DNA of 64,000 bases, taken from NCBI GenBank assembly GCA_964106915.2, contig OZ066926.1. One strand, 5' to 3'. The translations under genes and the position numbers were made by a program. This stretch comes from Podarcis gaigeae (taxonomy: Eukaryota). Positions 61,690 through 64,000 of this stretch are shown here, in pieces; position 1 is the stretch's first letter, and each line of letters begins with the position of its first letter. The notes under the pieces were generated by a model. It was not told the DNA's origin. It was given only the letters and a program-made list of their open reading frames with translations, and did not search any database.

Positions 61690-64000
61690 GGGTGGACTTC
61701 CGGTTGAGAGCGACCCCATCGCAAGCAGGGATTTTTCCGAGTGGAGAATCCCGGGTTTTTCGGAGGATTTAGGAGTGTCACAGGGCGCAGTGGCCCCCAG
61801 AAGCAGTGTCTGGAGGGTGTCCAGACACTCAGGTTCCCACGGAAGCCAAAATGCAGACCACCCGGCCACCAGGTAACTCCCAAAAGGAGCGAAGAGTGCT
61901 GCGGGGAGGGTGAGAAGGCTGAAGGGAAGCCACAGCTACCTCCGGAAAACGAAGCCCCGAGCTTGCAGGGGGAGTGCTTAATTCTCGATTATAAGAAATT
62001 CGGAGCTAAATTGCTTAAAAAGAAGTGGATTTCAACATCAGGAAGGAGCCGGATGAGGAATATATAAATACGAGATTAGCTGTCATCTGCAATCAGTTTG
62101 AACGCATTATACAAGCAAAGCCGGAGAACAGAGAAGTGAGTTGCCGCTAGCGGCTATTGTTTCTTTTCCCCTTTTGACTCGCTAAAAACTAACTTTTTAG
62201 AAGACATAAAGTATCTTAAGAAGAATCCAAGTTAAAAGGGGGAACAGAGGGTTTAAATTTGGAACTTTGAAGGTCCTCTTTGCAACTGTGAGGGAAAAAG
62301 ACAGAGAAATCGATCCCAGTTTCACTTTTTAAAAAACTGCGCAACGGAAGAAGAGCTTCCGACTCCATTGCTTGTCCTTTGTTTGCCTTTTAGTAACTAC
62401 GGAAGGTTTTTTGCTTTCTAATTGGGGTTTTTTTCTGCACACATCTTTTGAGTTACACATCTACTGGTCCTTGGAGGGCACAAGGAGAAGGGGACGACAG
62501 AGGATGAGATGGTTGGACAGTGTTCTCGAAGCTACAAACATGAGTCTGACCAAACTGCGGGAGGCAGTGGAAGACAGGAGTGCCTGGCGTGCTCTGGTCC
62601 ATGGGGGTCACGAAGAGTCGGACATGACTAAACGACTAAAGGAGAAATATTTTAAAGGAGAAATATTAAGAATGTTTGCAGAAATTAGGCAAAGTGAAAA
62701 GAATTTAGAGGACAAACTAGAACAAGTGGATATGAGAATTGAACAGGTAGATACGAGAATTGGGGAAATGGACCAAAAAATTGACAAGACAGTAAAAGAA
62801 TTGAAAGGTCAAATTAAAGAAGTATCTAAAAGAACACAATCTTTGGAAGAAGGAATGAAGAAGACAAGAGCTGAAATGAAGGAAGTGAAGCGTGAGGAAG
62901 AGAAAATCAAAGTGGGTTTATCAGAAGTTAATAAGTCACAGGAGGAGATATGGGATGTAATTGGTATGAATGAACTGAGGCAGAGGGAAGTGAACCTCAG
63001 GCTGAGAGCTGTGCCTGAGGTTCAAGGTGAAAATATCAGAGAGAAATTAGTAATAGAGATAGCGCAATGGCTGGAACTACAAAAGGAAGAGGTCAAGAGA
63101 ACTGTACAGAATGCATTCAGGATGAGAGTAAGAACAACCAAATCAAGGAAAGTTCCTGGAGATTGTTTGATCACTTTTAAGGACAGAGATATGAGAAATT
63201 TGATACTTCAAAAAAATAGAGAAAAAAGACTGAATATCGATGGGAATTATATAATTATTTTTAAAGATATTCCAGTCAGATTGTTGAAACGAAGCGATCC
63301 ATATAAACCATTGGTCCAAATTCTCAAGAGGAACAAGATTGAATTCAAATGGGAATTCCCACAGGGGATTTCCTTTGTTTACAAAAGCAAGAAACACAGA
63401 CTTACCAGTCCAGAGGAAACAGGCAAATTCCAGAGATGATACAAGGAACTAACAGCAGAGGAGGAGGAAGAAGGAGAAGCAGTGGGAGGAGTAGGTCCTC
63501 TAGGGGGGAAGTATCCGGAAGAAAAGGAGAAGAATGTGGAAAAGCCGGACGAGGAACAAGAAGAGGAAGAACAAGAAGAGGATAGATTATAAAGAACAAA
63601 TAAATTAAATCAATTTTAATAAGGCGTTCACCATGGCGTTGAAATTATGGAATTGGAATATCAATGGAATGAACGATAGGAAAAAACGAAACAAAATTGA
63701 ACAATATTTAAAAAAGAAAAACTTGGATATTATCTGTCTTCAAGAGACACATGTGGCAAGGAAACACAGAAAATTTTTGATCAATAACAGATTAGGAAAT
63801 GAATTCATATCTTCTGACAAAGGGAAAAAGAGAGGGGTTGTATTATATGTAAGGAAAAAAATTGAAGCTCAGCAAATCTTCAAGGATGAAGAAGGAAGAA
63901 TAACTGCAATTCAGGTCAAATGGCAAGGCGAAATATTAATAATTGTCGGGATCTATGAACCTAATGGAAACAAGACTGATTTCTATAAAAATTTGGAAGA
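61690..64000 (+). mobile_element. L1-clade LINE 5' part in a gene D intron: 5'UTR, coiled-coil ORF1 and ORF2 endonuclease start
   Basis: ORF1 coiled coil, NLRLRAVPE and KWEFP. ORF2 from ATG 63633 reads MALKLWNWNINGMN...DIICLQETH (APE endonuclease). Confidence 0.9.
62470..62640 (+). mobile_element. RTE-BovB 3' end inserted in the L1
   Basis: EGTRRRGRQRMRWLDSV...gtcacgaagagtcggacatgactaaacgactaaa. Confidence 0.85.

Overview
Vertebrate genomic DNA, very probably a lacertid-type lizard (Sauria SINEs, BovB, CR1, L2, L1, Rex1-like and Penelope-like repeats). The window is a tandem array of minus-strand, multi-exon NLRP1/CARD8-related genes. Each is built on a FIIND (ZU5+UPA) core, no NACHT or LRR exons are visible, and the death-fold modules differ between copies. 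Exons were assembled by hand from splice sites and checked for phase. Gene A (18454-2573) is PYD-PYD-CARD-FIIND-PYD, about 725 aa. Gene B (28368-22886) is short N-terminus-FIIND-CARD, about 390 aa and CARD8-like. Gene C (52206-35059) is PYD-CARD-FIIND-PYD with one linker exon unresolved. Gene D (3' part only, 61258-58623) is UPA-PYD. Duplicated upstream sequence at the left edge suggests a fifth paralog outside the window. The main candidate novelty is FIIND sensors predicted to release UPA-PYD instead of UPA-CARD, with a visible PYD/CARD tail swap between paralogs A and B. A second is a hAT-type DNA transposon carrying a captured CENPW promoter and first-exon fragment. All gene models are predictions without transcript evidence.
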